The notes: generated from the sequence alone by a model not told the origin. Shown: positions 9,635-20,336, counted from the first letter of the stretch. The stretch: 64,000 nucleotides of DNA from an uncultured Desulfobacter sp. (GCA_963665095.1 OY762069.1:1760001-1824000); one strand, 5' to 3'. Made by a program: numbers and translations.

Positions 9635-11173
9635 ATGCAACCCATACTTTCAAAATTACACCGGCAGAAGCTGTTTACCTGCCACACTTATTCAGGCATT
9701 ATTCTATCGTTTTTCATCTACCTTTGTATTTTTTTTGGTTTGTTTGCCATCTTTCTTCCCTATCTCCAGACCTGGGAAAAGCCGTCACGGCATATTGCGC
9801 CGGCAGATATCACAACCATTGATTACGAACCCATGCTGGCAGAGGTGTTGTCCGATCCGGACATCCCCGACGACCGGATTTTTATGGATGTTCCCGGATA
9901 CAAGGGTGATCCGGCCCTGGTCATCTACCACATGTTTTCAAAAAAGTTTCTGTTTGATCCCAACACGGCAAAGCAGATCAAGGATGAAGGGCGGACTACC
10001 CAGCTTGCCTGGTTTTTAAACGGCATGCATTATGGCAGGCCCTTGATGAAACCTGCTATTGTTTTTTTCGGGTTCATTGCCACAGGGGCCTTGTTTTTAA
10101 TGGTGTCAGGGATCGCGATGGTCCTGGAGTTTACCTATAAGACCACGGGCAAAACCCTGCGGGGAAAGGCGTCATGGCTGCACCGTAAAATTTTTACCTG
10201 GACCTTTCCCGTCTTCACCATGATTTTGATCTGTGCCACGGTCATGGGGATCAGCTTTGACGGTATGGGGCTTATGACCCGCCTGGCAACAAAGGGCGAG
10301 CAGACCAATATCCGTCAGGTCCTGGGCCCGATTCTGTTTCCTGAAGAAAAGGCCGAGCCCAAAGCCTTTCAGCCGGCCCGGATGATGCCCATTGCCCGTC
10401 TTGTTCACCTTGGACAGGAAAAGGCCCCATATCTTAGTATCCAGCGCCTGGTGCTTTACAACTGGAACGATAAAACCGCAAGGATTCAACTGGAAGGAAT
10501 GGACCGTCGGGCACCGTTTCTCAACGGGGTGACCAACAAACCCTATATCATCCTGAATGCTGTGAACGGCGCGGTACTCAAAGAGGTCCGTGTCACGGAC
10601 CGGCCCTGGAGCGTCTGGCTCACCGAAGGCGTTTACTGCATCCATCTGCTTTTTGGCATGAACATCTATTGGCGCCTGGCTGTTTTTGGCATTGCTCTGG
10701 CAAGCCTTGTTGCCGTGGGCTGCGGGGTGCTGCTCCACCTTGAAAAAAAGGTGAAAAAATTTAAAGGCCGGACCCACTTCTACCACTGGCTGGAGAAATT
10801 CGCCCTGGCCTTTATGATCGGAGTGATTCCGGCCACAGGCCTTTTGTTCAACCTGCAGTGGGTCCTGCCCTTTGATGTGAAAGACCGGCTTGTCTGGCAG
10901 CAGGGACTGTTTTTTGATCTCTGGGCGGCCACACTTTTCTGGTCTTTTTACCGGATGAACACCCTGGATGCGGCAAAACAGCTGCTGGGCTTAAGTGGTC
11001 TTTTCTTTATCCTTGCCCCGGTGCTGCATTGCCTGAAGACCGGGTTTTCCCCTTTAGCCTTACTGCAGAACCATATGACCGCTATTTTCTGGGTGGATAC
11101 GGGCCTTTTGATTTTCGGCCTGGTTTTAACGGCTGCAGCTTTTAAGACGAACCACAGGAGACAACATGTTTAA
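9635..11173 (+). CDS. PepSY-associated TM helix domain protein (possible ferric-chelate reductase)
   Basis: Conserved His in TM helices: CHTYSGI, FLNGMHYG, WLHRKIF, IHLLFG; downstream of TonB receptor. Confidence 0.85.
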   Translation: MQPILSKLHRQKLFTCHTYSGIILSFFIYLCIFFGLFAIFLPYLQTWEKPSRHIAPADITTIDYEPMLAEVLSDPDIPDDRIFMDVPGYKGDPALVIYHMFSKKFLFDPNTAKQIKDEGRTTQLAWFLNGMHYGRPLMKPAIVFFGFIATGALFLMVSGIAMVLEFTYKTTGKTLRGKASWLHRKIFTWTFPVFTMILICATVMGISFDGMGLMTRLATKGEQTNIRQVLGPILFPEEKAEPKAFQPARMMPIARLVHLGQEKAPYLSIQRLVLYNWNDKTARIQLEGMDRRAPFLNGVTNKPYIILNAVNGAVLKEVRVTDRPWSVWLTEGVYCIHLLFGMNIYWRLAVFGIALASLVAVGCGVLLHLEKKVKKFKGRTHFYHWLEKFALAFMIGVIPATGLLFNLQWVLPFDVKDRLVWQQGLFFDLWAATLFWSFYRMNTLDAAKQLLGLSGLFFILAPVLHCLKTGFSPLALLQNHMTAIFWVDTGLLIFGLVLTAAAFKTNHRRQHV

Positions 11174-11726
11174 GCAAACCACGCAACGCCCAGGGGTTTT
11201 ATTCAGGTACGATTTCATTTTATCCACGCTGCTGGTTTTTTTCTTTGCCGCTGACGCCTTTTCCCACTCGCTGATTTTAGGGGCTTACGGCAATGGGGAT
11301 GACACCATTACGGTGGAGGGTAAATATGACACCGGCGCCACAGCCCAGGGCGCCCAGGTGAGACTTGAATCTTTGAATACAGGGGAAGTCCTGTTCAAAC
11401 AAAGACTGCCTTTGGAAAGCGAGCTCACCATCACCATCCCGGAGGAGCCATACCGGATTGTCCTTGACGGCGGTCCCGGCCATGTGGCGGTTAAACAGGG
11501 CATTGCCCCTGAAAATGGATTTTCGGTAACGCCTGGTTCAACGCCTTCCGGTAAAAAGCAAACCACCGCCTCCCCGGGGCATGGTAAACCCGGATTGAGC
11601 CGGGCCTATCTTGTCACCCTGGGCCTTGTTTTTTTCTTTTTGGGTTTAACCCTTTTTATCTGCAGGCAGAACACCAATAAAATTATCAGCACAATATCCC
11701 AACAGCCGGGCAACAACTGCGATTAG
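11166..11726 (+). CDS. Exported protein with C-terminal membrane anchor, function unknown
   Basis: Signal peptide ending AFS-H, LDGGPGH motif, C-terminal TM helix; overlaps the PepSY gene end. Confidence 0.6.
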   Translation: MFKQTTQRPGVLFRYDFILSTLLVFFFAADAFSHSLILGAYGNGDDTITVEGKYDTGATAQGAQVRLESLNTGEVLFKQRLPLESELTITIPEEPYRIVLDGGPGHVAVKQGIAPENGFSVTPGSTPSGKKQTTASPGHGKPGLSRAYLVTLGLVFFFLGLTLFICRQNTNKIISTISQQPGNNCD

Positions 11727-11747
11727 CCTTAAAAGAAAGCCTTAATT

Positions 11748-13097
11748 ATGCAGGCTTCGGCTATTACATCAGGCAAAGAGGGTCCGGTCATCTTAAAACT
11801 TGCCGGGCCCATGGCACTGGGCATGCTCGGGCTGATTGTGTTCAATCTGGTGGATACCTTTTTTGTGGGCCGGCTGGGCGGGGATCAGCTTGCCGCCCTG
11901 ACCTTTACCTTTCCTGTTATCATGGTACTTGGCAGCATTGCCCACGGACTGAATGCCGGGATCACAGCATCGGTTTCACAGGCGGCAGGGCAGAGAAATC
12001 AGGATCGAACAGCTGCTTTGGTGACCCGGGGGCTGCTGCTGGCCCTGATGGTTGTGGCGGTCTTTTCCACAGCGGGCATCCTGTCCATGGAGATGGTCTT
12101 CACCCGGCTGGGCGCAGATGAAACTATTTTGTCCCATATAAAAGCCTATATGCGGATATGGTATCCTGGCGCGGTTTTTTTTGTTATCCCTGCAGCAATC
12201 AATGCGGCCCTGTATGGACTGGGAGATACCCGGACCCCGTCAAAGATTACCCTTGCCACAGCCTTGTTCAATGCAGTGCTTGACCCTTTTCTTATTTTTG
12301 GCATCGGCCCTTTTCCTGCCCTTGGCGTGGCCGGGGCCGCCACGGCCACAGTCATTGCCAGGGGGCTCGGCCTGATTTATCTGCTCCGGGTTCCGGCCAT
12401 TAAAAAGATGATTGCCGGATCCCTGCGGCAACAGTCCAGTTCCCTTTTCAAAGACTGGGGCCAGATGATTCAGGTGGGGCTGCCCAATATGGTCATTAAG
12501 CTGGTAACACCTTTTTTTTCAGGCATGATCACCAAAATGGTTGCGGCTTTCGGCAGTGCTGCCGTGGCAGGTTTCGGCATTGCCCTGCGCCTTGAAATGC
12601 TCGGTCTTATCGCAATCACTGCGGTTGCCCAGGTTATGCCCGTTTTTATCGGACAAAACATGGGGGCTCGAAAAAAAAAGCGCATGCAAACAGGCATTTC
12701 ATTTGCCAACCGAACTGTTTTGGCTTTAGGCGCTGTTGTCTGTCTCTTTCTTTTTGTTGTAACTAAGCCTGTGGCACGTCTGATCAATCCTGCGCCTGAC
12801 ATCGTATGTGTAACAGTTCTGTATATGAAAATAGTGCCCGTGGCCTATGGGTTCTACGGGGTGATGCAAATAGCGGTATCCGTATTAACCGTCATGAAAA
12901 AGCCCGTTCTTTCCACGGCCATTGTTCTGGGTCAGGTATTTGCGGTCTTTCTTCCTCTATCCGTCACCGGCACCGCATGTCTGGGACTGGCAGGCATATT
13001 CGGCGCCGTTGCTGTCTCCTGCATCATTGCCGGCATTATCGGTGCCAGGCTGAATGCGGGAGTCATAAATAAAATCCCTCACAATAATTCTGCTTAG
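11748..13097 (+). CDS. MATE family efflux transporter
   Basis: 449 aa; NLVDTFFVGRLG, GDTRTP, LDPFLIFGIGPFPALGVAGAATAT, GQNMGA. Confidence 0.93.
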   Translation: MQASAITSGKEGPVILKLAGPMALGMLGLIVFNLVDTFFVGRLGGDQLAALTFTFPVIMVLGSIAHGLNAGITASVSQAAGQRNQDRTAALVTRGLLLALMVVAVFSTAGILSMEMVFTRLGADETILSHIKAYMRIWYPGAVFFVIPAAINAALYGLGDTRTPSKITLATALFNAVLDPFLIFGIGPFPALGVAGAATATVIARGLGLIYLLRVPAIKKMIAGSLRQQSSSLFKDWGQMIQVGLPNMVIKLVTPFFSGMITKMVAAFGSAAVAGFGIALRLEMLGLIAITAVAQVMPVFIGQNMGARKKKRMQTGISFANRTVLALGAVVCLFLFVVTKPVARLINPAPDIVCVTVLYMKIVPVAYGFYGVMQIAVSVLTVMKKPVLSTAIVLGQVFAVFLPLSVTGTACLGLAGIFGAVAVSCIIAGIIGARLNAGVINKIPHNNSA

Positions 13098-13340
13098 GAC
13101 GCCAGACCGCCACCTGGGGTCATGGATGTATCTTTAATCCCATGGGCCTTATCAATCCGCTTACCCCCGCAGACCTGGTATTTTTTTTAAAATAGACTCA
13201 CTTTGCATCCCTTTAACATAAAAATTCACCCACAATTCGGAAGGCTAATTCGGGGAATATCAGCGCAATAAAAAAGCGTTTCATAATTTCTTCAATCGTG
13301 ATAAGGCCTTAGAAAAATCAACAGTTAAAGCGGGGCTGAT

Positions 13341-14861
13341 ATGGATCAAACCCGAATGGACCGATTTTTCCGATTTTTTTATCAAAAGCAGAACTTCCCG
13401 GCAGGCGGGCCTGAATATGACGCGTTGCTATGCAGCGTGCTGATGGAGGCGTCCCAAGCGCAGGAAGCCTCCATCTGGCAGCTGGCCCGGGACAACCGTC
13501 TTTACCTGAAATACGGTTCCAATATCACGCCCCAGGATGCTTCAGATTTTTCTCTGGCACTAGGTGAGGGCATCACCGGCGCCGTGGCCATGGCCAGAAA
13601 AGCGCTCAAGGTAGAGGATGCCTGGTCCTTTCACAACCATAATCGTCACATGGATACCAAGATTCGTTTCAGAACCTTTTCCATGATTTCCGCGCCCATT
13701 CTGTGTCAGAATCAGCTTTACGGTGTGATTAATCTCTTGAATCATCTTAAAAAAGAAGAGTTCTCCCAACATTGGAAAGAGTTGCTGGCTGCAGCCGGAA
13801 TCATGTATGGGCTGGCATTGAAAAATGCAGGAAAGCTTGTCACGAAACCTGCCGGCTTAAAAGGAAAAGCTGCTGGTAAAGGTGATGGCAAGACTGTGAT
13901 CATCGGGCTGAGCCGGTCTATTCAGGAAGTTCTCCATCTGGCTTTGAAAGCAGGAAAATCCAATATCCCTGTGCTTATTTACGGTGAGACCGGGACGGGA
14001 AAAGAACTGGCTGCCAGGAAAATCCATGAAAACAGCCGGTTCAGGTCAGGTCCGTTTGTCAGTATCAATTGTGCGGCCCTGGCAGAAACGATTTTGGAAA
14101 GCGAGTTGTTCGGTCATGTCAAAGGGGCCTTCAGCGGTGCCGTATCCAACCGTCAGGGAAAGTTTGTCAGCGCATCCAGCGGAACTCTTTTTCTTGATGA
14201 AATTGCCGACATGAGCCTGTCGTGTCAGGCAAAAATACTTCGGGCGTTACAGGAAAAAACCATAACCCCGGTGGGTTCGGATAAAGAGGTGAAGTTCCAC
14301 GCAGCAATTATTGCCGCAACCAATAAAGACCTGGAAAAGCTGGTAAGTCAAGGCCGGTTCAGGCAGGATCTCTACTTCCGGTTATGCGGGCTTGAAATAA
14401 AAATGCCTGCGCTCAGACATCGGGTGTCTGACATTCCTTTGCTGGCACAATATTTTATTCGCAAAGCCTGTGAAGAATCAGGAAATGATTCCCGCGGGCA
14501 ATTGGCGCCCCGGCTATCTGATGACGCAATAACCGCACTGGCAGGTTATTCATGGCCGGGCAATGTCAGACAGTTGGAACAGGCGGTAATGGCTGCCCTG
14601 GCTGTTTGTGAAAACAAAGACATTATGATTTCTGATTTTCCTTCATGGCTGGTGAAAAAAGAACCCGAAGCCACAGATGCTGTTGTCCACAAGGTCGGAA
14701 CCCTGACCAGCCGGCAAAATGAAAAAATTCGTTTTTTAAAAGTGCTGGAGGAGACAAGGTATCCCGGGACCGGCCGGTGGAACATTGCCGCTGCCGCCCG
14801 GAAGCTGGACATGCCAAGAAAGACGTTTGCCTACCAGCTCAAAAAGCTGAACATAAAATAG
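13341..14861 (+). CDS. GAF-domain sigma54-dependent transcriptional activator (bEBP)
   Basis: N-terminal GAF (GEGITGAVA...SMISAPI...GVINLLN); GETGTGKE, ESELFGHVKGAFSGA, LFLDEI, RFRQDLYFRL, WPGNVRQLE; C-terminal Fis-type HTH. Confidence 0.93.
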   Translation: MDQTRMDRFFRFFYQKQNFPAGGPEYDALLCSVLMEASQAQEASIWQLARDNRLYLKYGSNITPQDASDFSLALGEGITGAVAMARKALKVEDAWSFHNHNRHMDTKIRFRTFSMISAPILCQNQLYGVINLLNHLKKEEFSQHWKELLAAAGIMYGLALKNAGKLVTKPAGLKGKAAGKGDGKTVIIGLSRSIQEVLHLALKAGKSNIPVLIYGETGTGKELAARKIHENSRFRSGPFVSINCAALAETILESELFGHVKGAFSGAVSNRQGKFVSASSGTLFLDEIADMSLSCQAKILRALQEKTITPVGSDKEVKFHAAIIAATNKDLEKLVSQGRFRQDLYFRLCGLEIKMPALRHRVSDIPLLAQYFIRKACEESGNDSRGQLAPRLSDDAITALAGYSWPGNVRQLEQAVMAALAVCENKDIMISDFPSWLVKKEPEATDAVVHKVGTLTSRQNEKIRFLKVLEETRYPGTGRWNIAAAARKLDMPRKTFAYQLKKLNIK

Positions 14862-14890
14862 ACCCATAGACCGGACAGGATGACCGACCA

Positions 14891-17800
14891 ATGAAGAAAC
14901 GCTCTTTTTTTCGCAGATGGGGTATCGTTTGTCTTGTTTTTTTTACCGTCAGCCTGATGTTTGAGACGGGATGGACCCAGGACAGCCTTTCCGGTGATTG
15001 GGCAGGCATCATTGTCCGGATACAGGGCCGGGTTGGCATCATATCCTCTCAGGAAAAAGAATGGCAGCCTGCAGGACCGGGCACCCTTCTTCGGCCCGGA
15101 GACATGATCAGCACGGACCAGGACGGATGGGCAGGGATTATCTTTTCCGATGAGTCCATGGTCCAGCTCAATAAAAATTCCCTGCTGATCATTAAACAGG
15201 TCGCACCCAAGGCCGGATGGCTTGAAAAGATAAAGACAGCACCGGGCAGTCATGTTCCGGACCGTTCCGAATATTTATTGAAAAAGGGGCACCTGTGGTT
15301 TCGAAACAAGAATAAAGACCAGCACGTGGACATTCAAACCCCTTATGTCTCCACCAGTATCAGGGGAACCGAACTGGATATCAGGATAACAGACACCCAA
15401 ACCGTTACCGTATCGGTTCTGGAAGGGGAAGTGGCAGCCTTTTTTAATGAAAAGGCAACACGGATCCAAGCGCAGGAACAACTGACTGCCGGTCCCGGAT
15501 CACAAGCCGTCAGGCAGGTTCTGATACAGCCTGCCGGCAGGGTTCAGTGGACCCTGTCGGTGTCATCCACCCTGGACCTGCTGTCATCCGGCACGCCCCT
15601 TTCCACGGCCCTTTCCAGGGCTGTGTCATATATGCTTGACCGTGAGTATGAGGCTGCCATGGCATACTTATCCGGCCTGGACCGTTCCGGACCGGATGCC
15701 TCGCTGATCTGGTCTCTGGAAAGTCTGATCCATCTGATCGCCAATGACACATTCAATGCTCTGGAGGCTGCCGGCAAGGCGGTTCAGGCGGATCAAAAAT
15801 CACCCGTTGCCCGGCTGGTCCAGGCTCTGGCTTATCAGTCCCGGTTTGACCTGGAGCAGGCAGTTGAATCAACCCAGACTGCTCTGGCGCTTAACCCGGA
15901 ATTCATAGGCGCACGCCTGAACCTGGCAAAACTTGCCTTTGGCAGGCAGGATATGGATCAGGCAGATCAGCTTGTCAATGCTGTTCTCTCCCAGGCCCCG
16001 GACAATGGTCAGGCCCTGACACTTAAAGGGTTTTTACTTTTGTCGACCTTTAAAACCGTTGACGCCTTATCAATATTTGAAAAGGCGGTAAAGCAAAATC
16101 AGGCCCGCGGACTGATTTCCGGGGAGCCCCATCTGGGACTGGCTCTGGCCTGGATGCGCCGGGGCTGCATGGCCGACGCCTTTAAGGAAATTACAACCGC
16201 AGTGCTGTTGGAGCCCCAGCGCTCCCTGTTTTTAAGCTATTGGGCAAAAATGCTGTATGAGGCCAGGCGGTTTAAACAGTCCCTTGATATCCTGAATCAG
16301 GCAAAGCTCATGGATCCCGATGATCCCACCCCCTGGCTGTATCAGGCCCTTATTTACAAGGATTTAAACCGCTACCACGAATCGATCCAGGCCATGCAGA
16401 CGGCGATTGAGCTGAACGACAACCGGGCCGTGTACCGTTCGCGCATGCTCCTTGACAAGGATCTGGCAGTTAAAAACGTTAACCTGGCTTTAATCTACAA
16501 GCAATTGGGGATGTCTGAATGGGGCCTGGCCAAGGCAATTAAATCCCTGAAACAGGATAACAATAATTTTGCGGCCCACCGCTTTCTTGCGGATCAACTG
16601 GAATATCTCCAGGGGTACAATGGTTTCGGGGCAAGAAGCGCCCGGCTCAAGGCCTTTCTTATGCAGCCGGCCAACCTCAATACCTTCAACACCTTTAATG
16701 ACTATACCGCGTTTCTGGAAAAGCCGGCCCTTGGCGGCACCCTGGCCGCCTATGTCGGCAACATGGGATACCTGGACAAGGAGCTCAAACTTTTTGGTGC
16801 CATGCCGGACTGGAACATCTCTTTTGACCTCAAGGGGGAAACCTTTGATTCCGACGGCCGGCAGGAGGTTGACTGGCAGGACGCCTGTTTGGTGGAAGCC
16901 CGGGGCAAATGGGACATCAGCCACAGGGATACCCTGTCAGGCAGTTTGTATTACAAGGATGTCAGTACCGGGGACCTGTCCGTGCAGACCAGTTATGACG
17001 AATCTCCTGATTCGCAAACCACTGCGGACTCCCGGCTTGCCAATTTTTCACTGGGGTATCTTAGAAAACTGTCCCTTCATACGGATCTGCTGTTTCATGT
17101 CAAAAGGCAGTATATCAATGAAACAACAGCAAGGACCCACACTTCCGGCAGCGGCGTGACATTCATCTCTGCCTATGAGTATGATTATGTCTACAACACC
17201 AACACCGTCCAGTGGCTGGATGCCCCCTTCACAATCATCCAGGCCATGCAGACCACCCGTGTGGAAACCCATCAGCTTTCCTTTGGCGGCATGTACTATG
17301 AATCAGACCGGGATTACAGGATCACCGCCACCACGGTCACAGACCTGTCCTGGGAATGGTCCGATGATACCTTCAGTTTTACGGAAACCGACACGGTAAA
17401 TTCAAACCTGGTTAAGGACCATCTCAGTGTGTATATCCAGGATATCTGGAATCCTGCAGAAAAGCTGACCCTGGAGGGGGCGCTGTATGTGGACAAGATG
17501 AAAAATGCCAACAGCCTGGAAAAGCTGACCTGGTCCCAGACCCTGGTCAATCCGAGAATCGGCATGACGTATCGTCCCACGCCCCGTGACAGTATCGCCG
17601 TCTCCTGGTACAGGTACCTGGAACCCTATGAATCGGTTGACCGAATAGACAGTATTGACGTGGCCGGTCATGTGCTGTCCACTTTTTATGAAGGGGCCCT
17701 TGTTGAGGAGACCGATCTGGGCTTCCAGCACGAATGGTCAAGGGGCCTTGTTATGACACGGATTTTCAGGAATGAGCCCGACTATACATATAAAACAATG

Positions 17801-18241
17801 GAGAATGATACCCCTATCACCAAAACCCTGAAAAACCGGTATACCGGGGTCGAGACGGCCGTGAATCAGCTTTTGTCCGACGATATGGGGCTTGCGGCCG
17901 GTTATACCTTTTTTGATATTGATCAGGACCAGGCAACACCGGGACTTGAAGGCCGCAACCACTGGGGATGGGCCAGGCTCACCAAGGGGCTGGCCAACGG
18001 CCTGACCCTGTCGGCCGGGATCAGTTACTATCATACAAATTATGAGGATGATGCGGTTGAGGACCAAAGTTTTCTGATCCTTGCTTCGTTTGTTGAATAT
18101 GAACTTCCCAAAAAGCTGGGCAAACTCAGGTTTGAGATAAACAATATCTGCAATGAACACTTTAACGGTACACCACTGTCTGATGCGGCCGGGCTTCTTC
18201 CGGAACGGTTTTTCATGGTCATGGCCCGTGTGAATTTTTAG
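14891..18241 (+). CDS. FecR-domain / TPR-repeat / TonB-receptor-like beta-barrel outer-membrane protein
   Basis: 1116 aa; signal peptide, FecR motif IQTPYVSTSIRGT, TPR helices (DPDDPTPWLYQA, LNDNRAVYRSRMLLDKD), beta-rich C-terminal half ending ARVNF. Confidence 0.85.
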   Translation: MKKRSFFRRWGIVCLVFFTVSLMFETGWTQDSLSGDWAGIIVRIQGRVGIISSQEKEWQPAGPGTLLRPGDMISTDQDGWAGIIFSDESMVQLNKNSLLIIKQVAPKAGWLEKIKTAPGSHVPDRSEYLLKKGHLWFRNKNKDQHVDIQTPYVSTSIRGTELDIRITDTQTVTVSVLEGEVAAFFNEKATRIQAQEQLTAGPGSQAVRQVLIQPAGRVQWTLSVSSTLDLLSSGTPLSTALSRAVSYMLDREYEAAMAYLSGLDRSGPDASLIWSLESLIHLIANDTFNALEAAGKAVQADQKSPVARLVQALAYQSRFDLEQAVESTQTALALNPEFIGARLNLAKLAFGRQDMDQADQLVNAVLSQAPDNGQALTLKGFLLLSTFKTVDALSIFEKAVKQNQARGLISGEPHLGLALAWMRRGCMADAFKEITTAVLLEPQRSLFLSYWAKMLYEARRFKQSLDILNQAKLMDPDDPTPWLYQALIYKDLNRYHESIQAMQTAIELNDNRAVYRSRMLLDKDLAVKNVNLALIYKQLGMSEWGLAKAIKSLKQDNNNFAAHRFLADQLEYLQGYNGFGARSARLKAFLMQPANLNTFNTFNDYTAFLEKPALGGTLAAYVGNMGYLDKELKLFGAMPDWNISFDLKGETFDSDGRQEVDWQDACLVEARGKWDISHRDTLSGSLYYKDVSTGDLSVQTSYDESPDSQTTADSRLANFSLGYLRKLSLHTDLLFHVKRQYINETTARTHTSGSGVTFISAYEYDYVYNTNTVQWLDAPFTIIQAMQTTRVETHQLSFGGMYYESDRDYRITATTVTDLSWEWSDDTFSFTETDTVNSNLVKDHLSVYIQDIWNPAEKLTLEGALYVDKMKNANSLEKLTWSQTLVNPRIGMTYRPTPRDSIAVSWYRYLEPYESVDRIDSIDVAGHVLSTFYEGALVEETDLGFQHEWSRGLVMTRIFRNEPDYTYKTMENDTPITKTLKNRYTGVETAVNQLLSDDMGLAAGYTFFDIDQDQATPGLEGRNHWGWARLTKGLANGLTLSAGISYYHTNYEDDAVEDQSFLILASFVEYELPKKLGKLRFEINNICNEHFNGTPLSDAAGLLPERFFMVMARVNF

Positions 18242-18269
18242 CCGGGAAATCCGGCCGCCGGGATCAAAT

Positions 18270-20060
18270 ATGAAACGAGCGTTTTTCATATGTACAAGTC
18301 TTGTGATCGGCCTGCTTCTGGCCATCTCTTCTCTGGGCACTTTTTTTAACCGGCTGGTTTACGACAATCTGATGATTTTCAGCCATCCGCGGCCCATGGA
18401 ACACCGGATCATTATTGTTGCCATTGATGAGCCATCCTTTTCTTCCATTAAACAACAGTGGCCCTGGGCACGGTCCATCCACGCCCGTCTGCTGGAAGCG
18501 CTTCAACGCTCGGGTGCTGACACCATCGGGTTTGACATATTGTTTGCAGAGCCGTCTCAGGATCCCGGGGCAGACACCTTGCTGGCACAAAGTTTCAAAG
18601 CCCATGGAAATGTTGTCCTGGCGGCGGGCCTGGAGACCAGCGCCTCACACACCCACACAACGCTCATGCAGATCAGGCCGCTGCCGATACTGGAACAGGC
18701 TGCCCGCATGACGGGATTAGATACCATGCCGCTGGATTCCGACGGTTTTTTACGGCAATGTTTTTTAAAGCACAATGGATTAATTAATTTTGGCATTGCG
18801 GCGGCCCGGGCCCACCGCCCCCTGTCCCCGGAATCAGCTGAACGGTCTGGCAAAAAGAACGGTCCCTGTCTGGTGAATTTTTACGGCCCGCCCGGCACAT
18901 TTCCCACGGTTTCCTACTACCAGGCCCTTGACCCGGAGCAATATCTTCCTGAAGGCTTTTTTAAAGGGGCACTGGTGCTGGTGGGGCTTAACCTGCGCAG
19001 CAGTGCAGATCCGAGCTCGGGAAAGGCCGATCACTATGCGACCCCCCATGTGAGGGCAGGCTTTCCTTACATGTCCGGGGTTGAGATTCAGGCCAACATT
19101 ATATCAAACATCCTATCGGGAAAATTCATCCGCAAAGCACCGGTCCTGGGGCAGGCAGCCGCAGCGCTCATGGTCTGGGGCTTGGCCGTGCTGCTGTTTT
19201 TTTCGCCGGTAAAACGCATGATCTTTCTACCTGTTTTAATTGTGTCAGGTTACAGCCTGACAGCGATCTGGCTGTTCCAGCAGCACGGGATTATTTTATA
19301 CCCGGCAATCATCCTTGTTCCGGCCGGGGTAATGGCCCTGTCATCCATTGGATGGATGGCCTGTCAGGCTATAGCGGAAAAAACAATGACAAAGGCGGTT
19401 TTCTCAAAATATCTAAGCCCGGGGTTTGTGGATTATATGTTGGATCCCCCCTGCAAAAACGACCTGATCCTGCCGGCTGAAGGCACGGTCCTGTTTCTGG
19501 ATCTCAAGGATTTCTCGAAGCTTTCACAAACAGTGCCCCATGAACAGTTGATACAGATACTCAGCCGGTACCTTGGCGGATTTTCCGATATTATTATTGA
19601 AAATCACGGACACATCGATAAGATTGTGGGCGACGGCATCATGGCGGTGTGGGGCATGCCAACCCCTTCTGACCGCCATGCCCGGGATGCCTGCAGGGCA
19701 GCACTGGCTATTCTTGACCATTTGCATCAGCTCCAGGCCGAAGATACCCGGGATAAAAAAAATCCTCTGGATATCAGAATCGGTATTAATTCGGGTGTCA
19801 TAACAGCCGGAAATATCAGCGGGAAGTCGTTTTCCGATTTCACTGTTCACGGCATGGAAGTGAATCTTGCCAAGCGCCTGGAACCCCTTAATAAAATTTA
19901 CCAGACCCGCATCCTGATCAGCGAACATACCCGTGAAAGAATCAAAGAGTGGTTTGGATCCCGGCAGGTGGACACCGTCCGGGTAAAGGGATATGACGGT
20001 CCGGTAACCATTTATGAACTGATGCCGCCCGGTACCCCGGGCCTGATAGCAAACCGTTAA
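18270..20060 (+). CDS. CHASE2-domain membrane adenylate/guanylate cyclase (class III)
   Basis: CHASE2 motifs VAIDEPS, WPWARS, GFDILFAE, MSGVEIQAN; three TM helices; catalytic VLFLDLKDFS, IDKIVGDGIMA, VNLAKRLE, VKG. Confidence 0.92.
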   Translation: MKRAFFICTSLVIGLLLAISSLGTFFNRLVYDNLMIFSHPRPMEHRIIIVAIDEPSFSSIKQQWPWARSIHARLLEALQRSGADTIGFDILFAEPSQDPGADTLLAQSFKAHGNVVLAAGLETSASHTHTTLMQIRPLPILEQAARMTGLDTMPLDSDGFLRQCFLKHNGLINFGIAAARAHRPLSPESAERSGKKNGPCLVNFYGPPGTFPTVSYYQALDPEQYLPEGFFKGALVLVGLNLRSSADPSSGKADHYATPHVRAGFPYMSGVEIQANIISNILSGKFIRKAPVLGQAAAALMVWGLAVLLFFSPVKRMIFLPVLIVSGYSLTAIWLFQQHGIILYPAIILVPAGVMALSSIGWMACQAIAEKTMTKAVFSKYLSPGFVDYMLDPPCKNDLILPAEGTVLFLDLKDFSKLSQTVPHEQLIQILSRYLGGFSDIIIENHGHIDKIVGDGIMAVWGMPTPSDRHARDACRAALAILDHLHQLQAEDTRDKKNPLDIRIGINSGVITAGNISGKSFSDFTVHGMEVNLAKRLEPLNKIYQTRILISEHTRERIKEWFGSRQVDTVRVKGYDGPVTIYELMPPGTPGLIANR

Positions 20061-20063
20061 TGT

Positions 20064-20113
20064 GGCCAAAACGGCAATAATGCCCTTGCCGCTTTGGCCG
20101 CTCAGGCCAAAAC
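20064..20113. promoter_or_regulatory. 14-bp inverted repeat plus an extra half-site; candidate bEBP enhancer (or weak terminator)
   Basis: GGCCAAAACGGCAA-N8-TTGCCGCTTTGGCC (one mismatch), further GGCCAAAAC at 20105-20113; no U-tract; about 120-165 nt upstream of a sigma54-like promoter. Confidence 0.45.
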
Positions 20114-20229
20114 CAAAATCCTTTCGGGACAGTTCTTCTTTTATCCATAAAATTTATAACCGCGACCAGGCAAGGCTTTCGGGTCATAACAGCCTTGAAC
20201 CGACCAGGGTCCGTACTCTCATTAAAACA

Positions 20230-20245
20230 TGGCATATAATTTGTA
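20230..20245 (+). promoter_or_regulatory. Candidate sigma54 (-24/-12) promoter
   Basis: TGGCATATAATTTGTA versus consensus TGGCACG-N4-TTGCW; correct spacing, -12 GC replaced by GT. Confidence 0.55.
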
Positions 20246-20336
20246 CTGCTTAAGCAAATAGGATATCGCCGTTTTCAGGCGGTTAGTTTTTTAAAGCAGG
20301 CTTTTTTATGGTTTTTTATTTTAAATGGGGGAGAAT

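Noticed and set aside
20062..20253. 63-aa ORF between the cyclase and PEP-CTERM genes
   Set aside because: No RBS or protein features; it overlaps the candidate enhancer and promoter.
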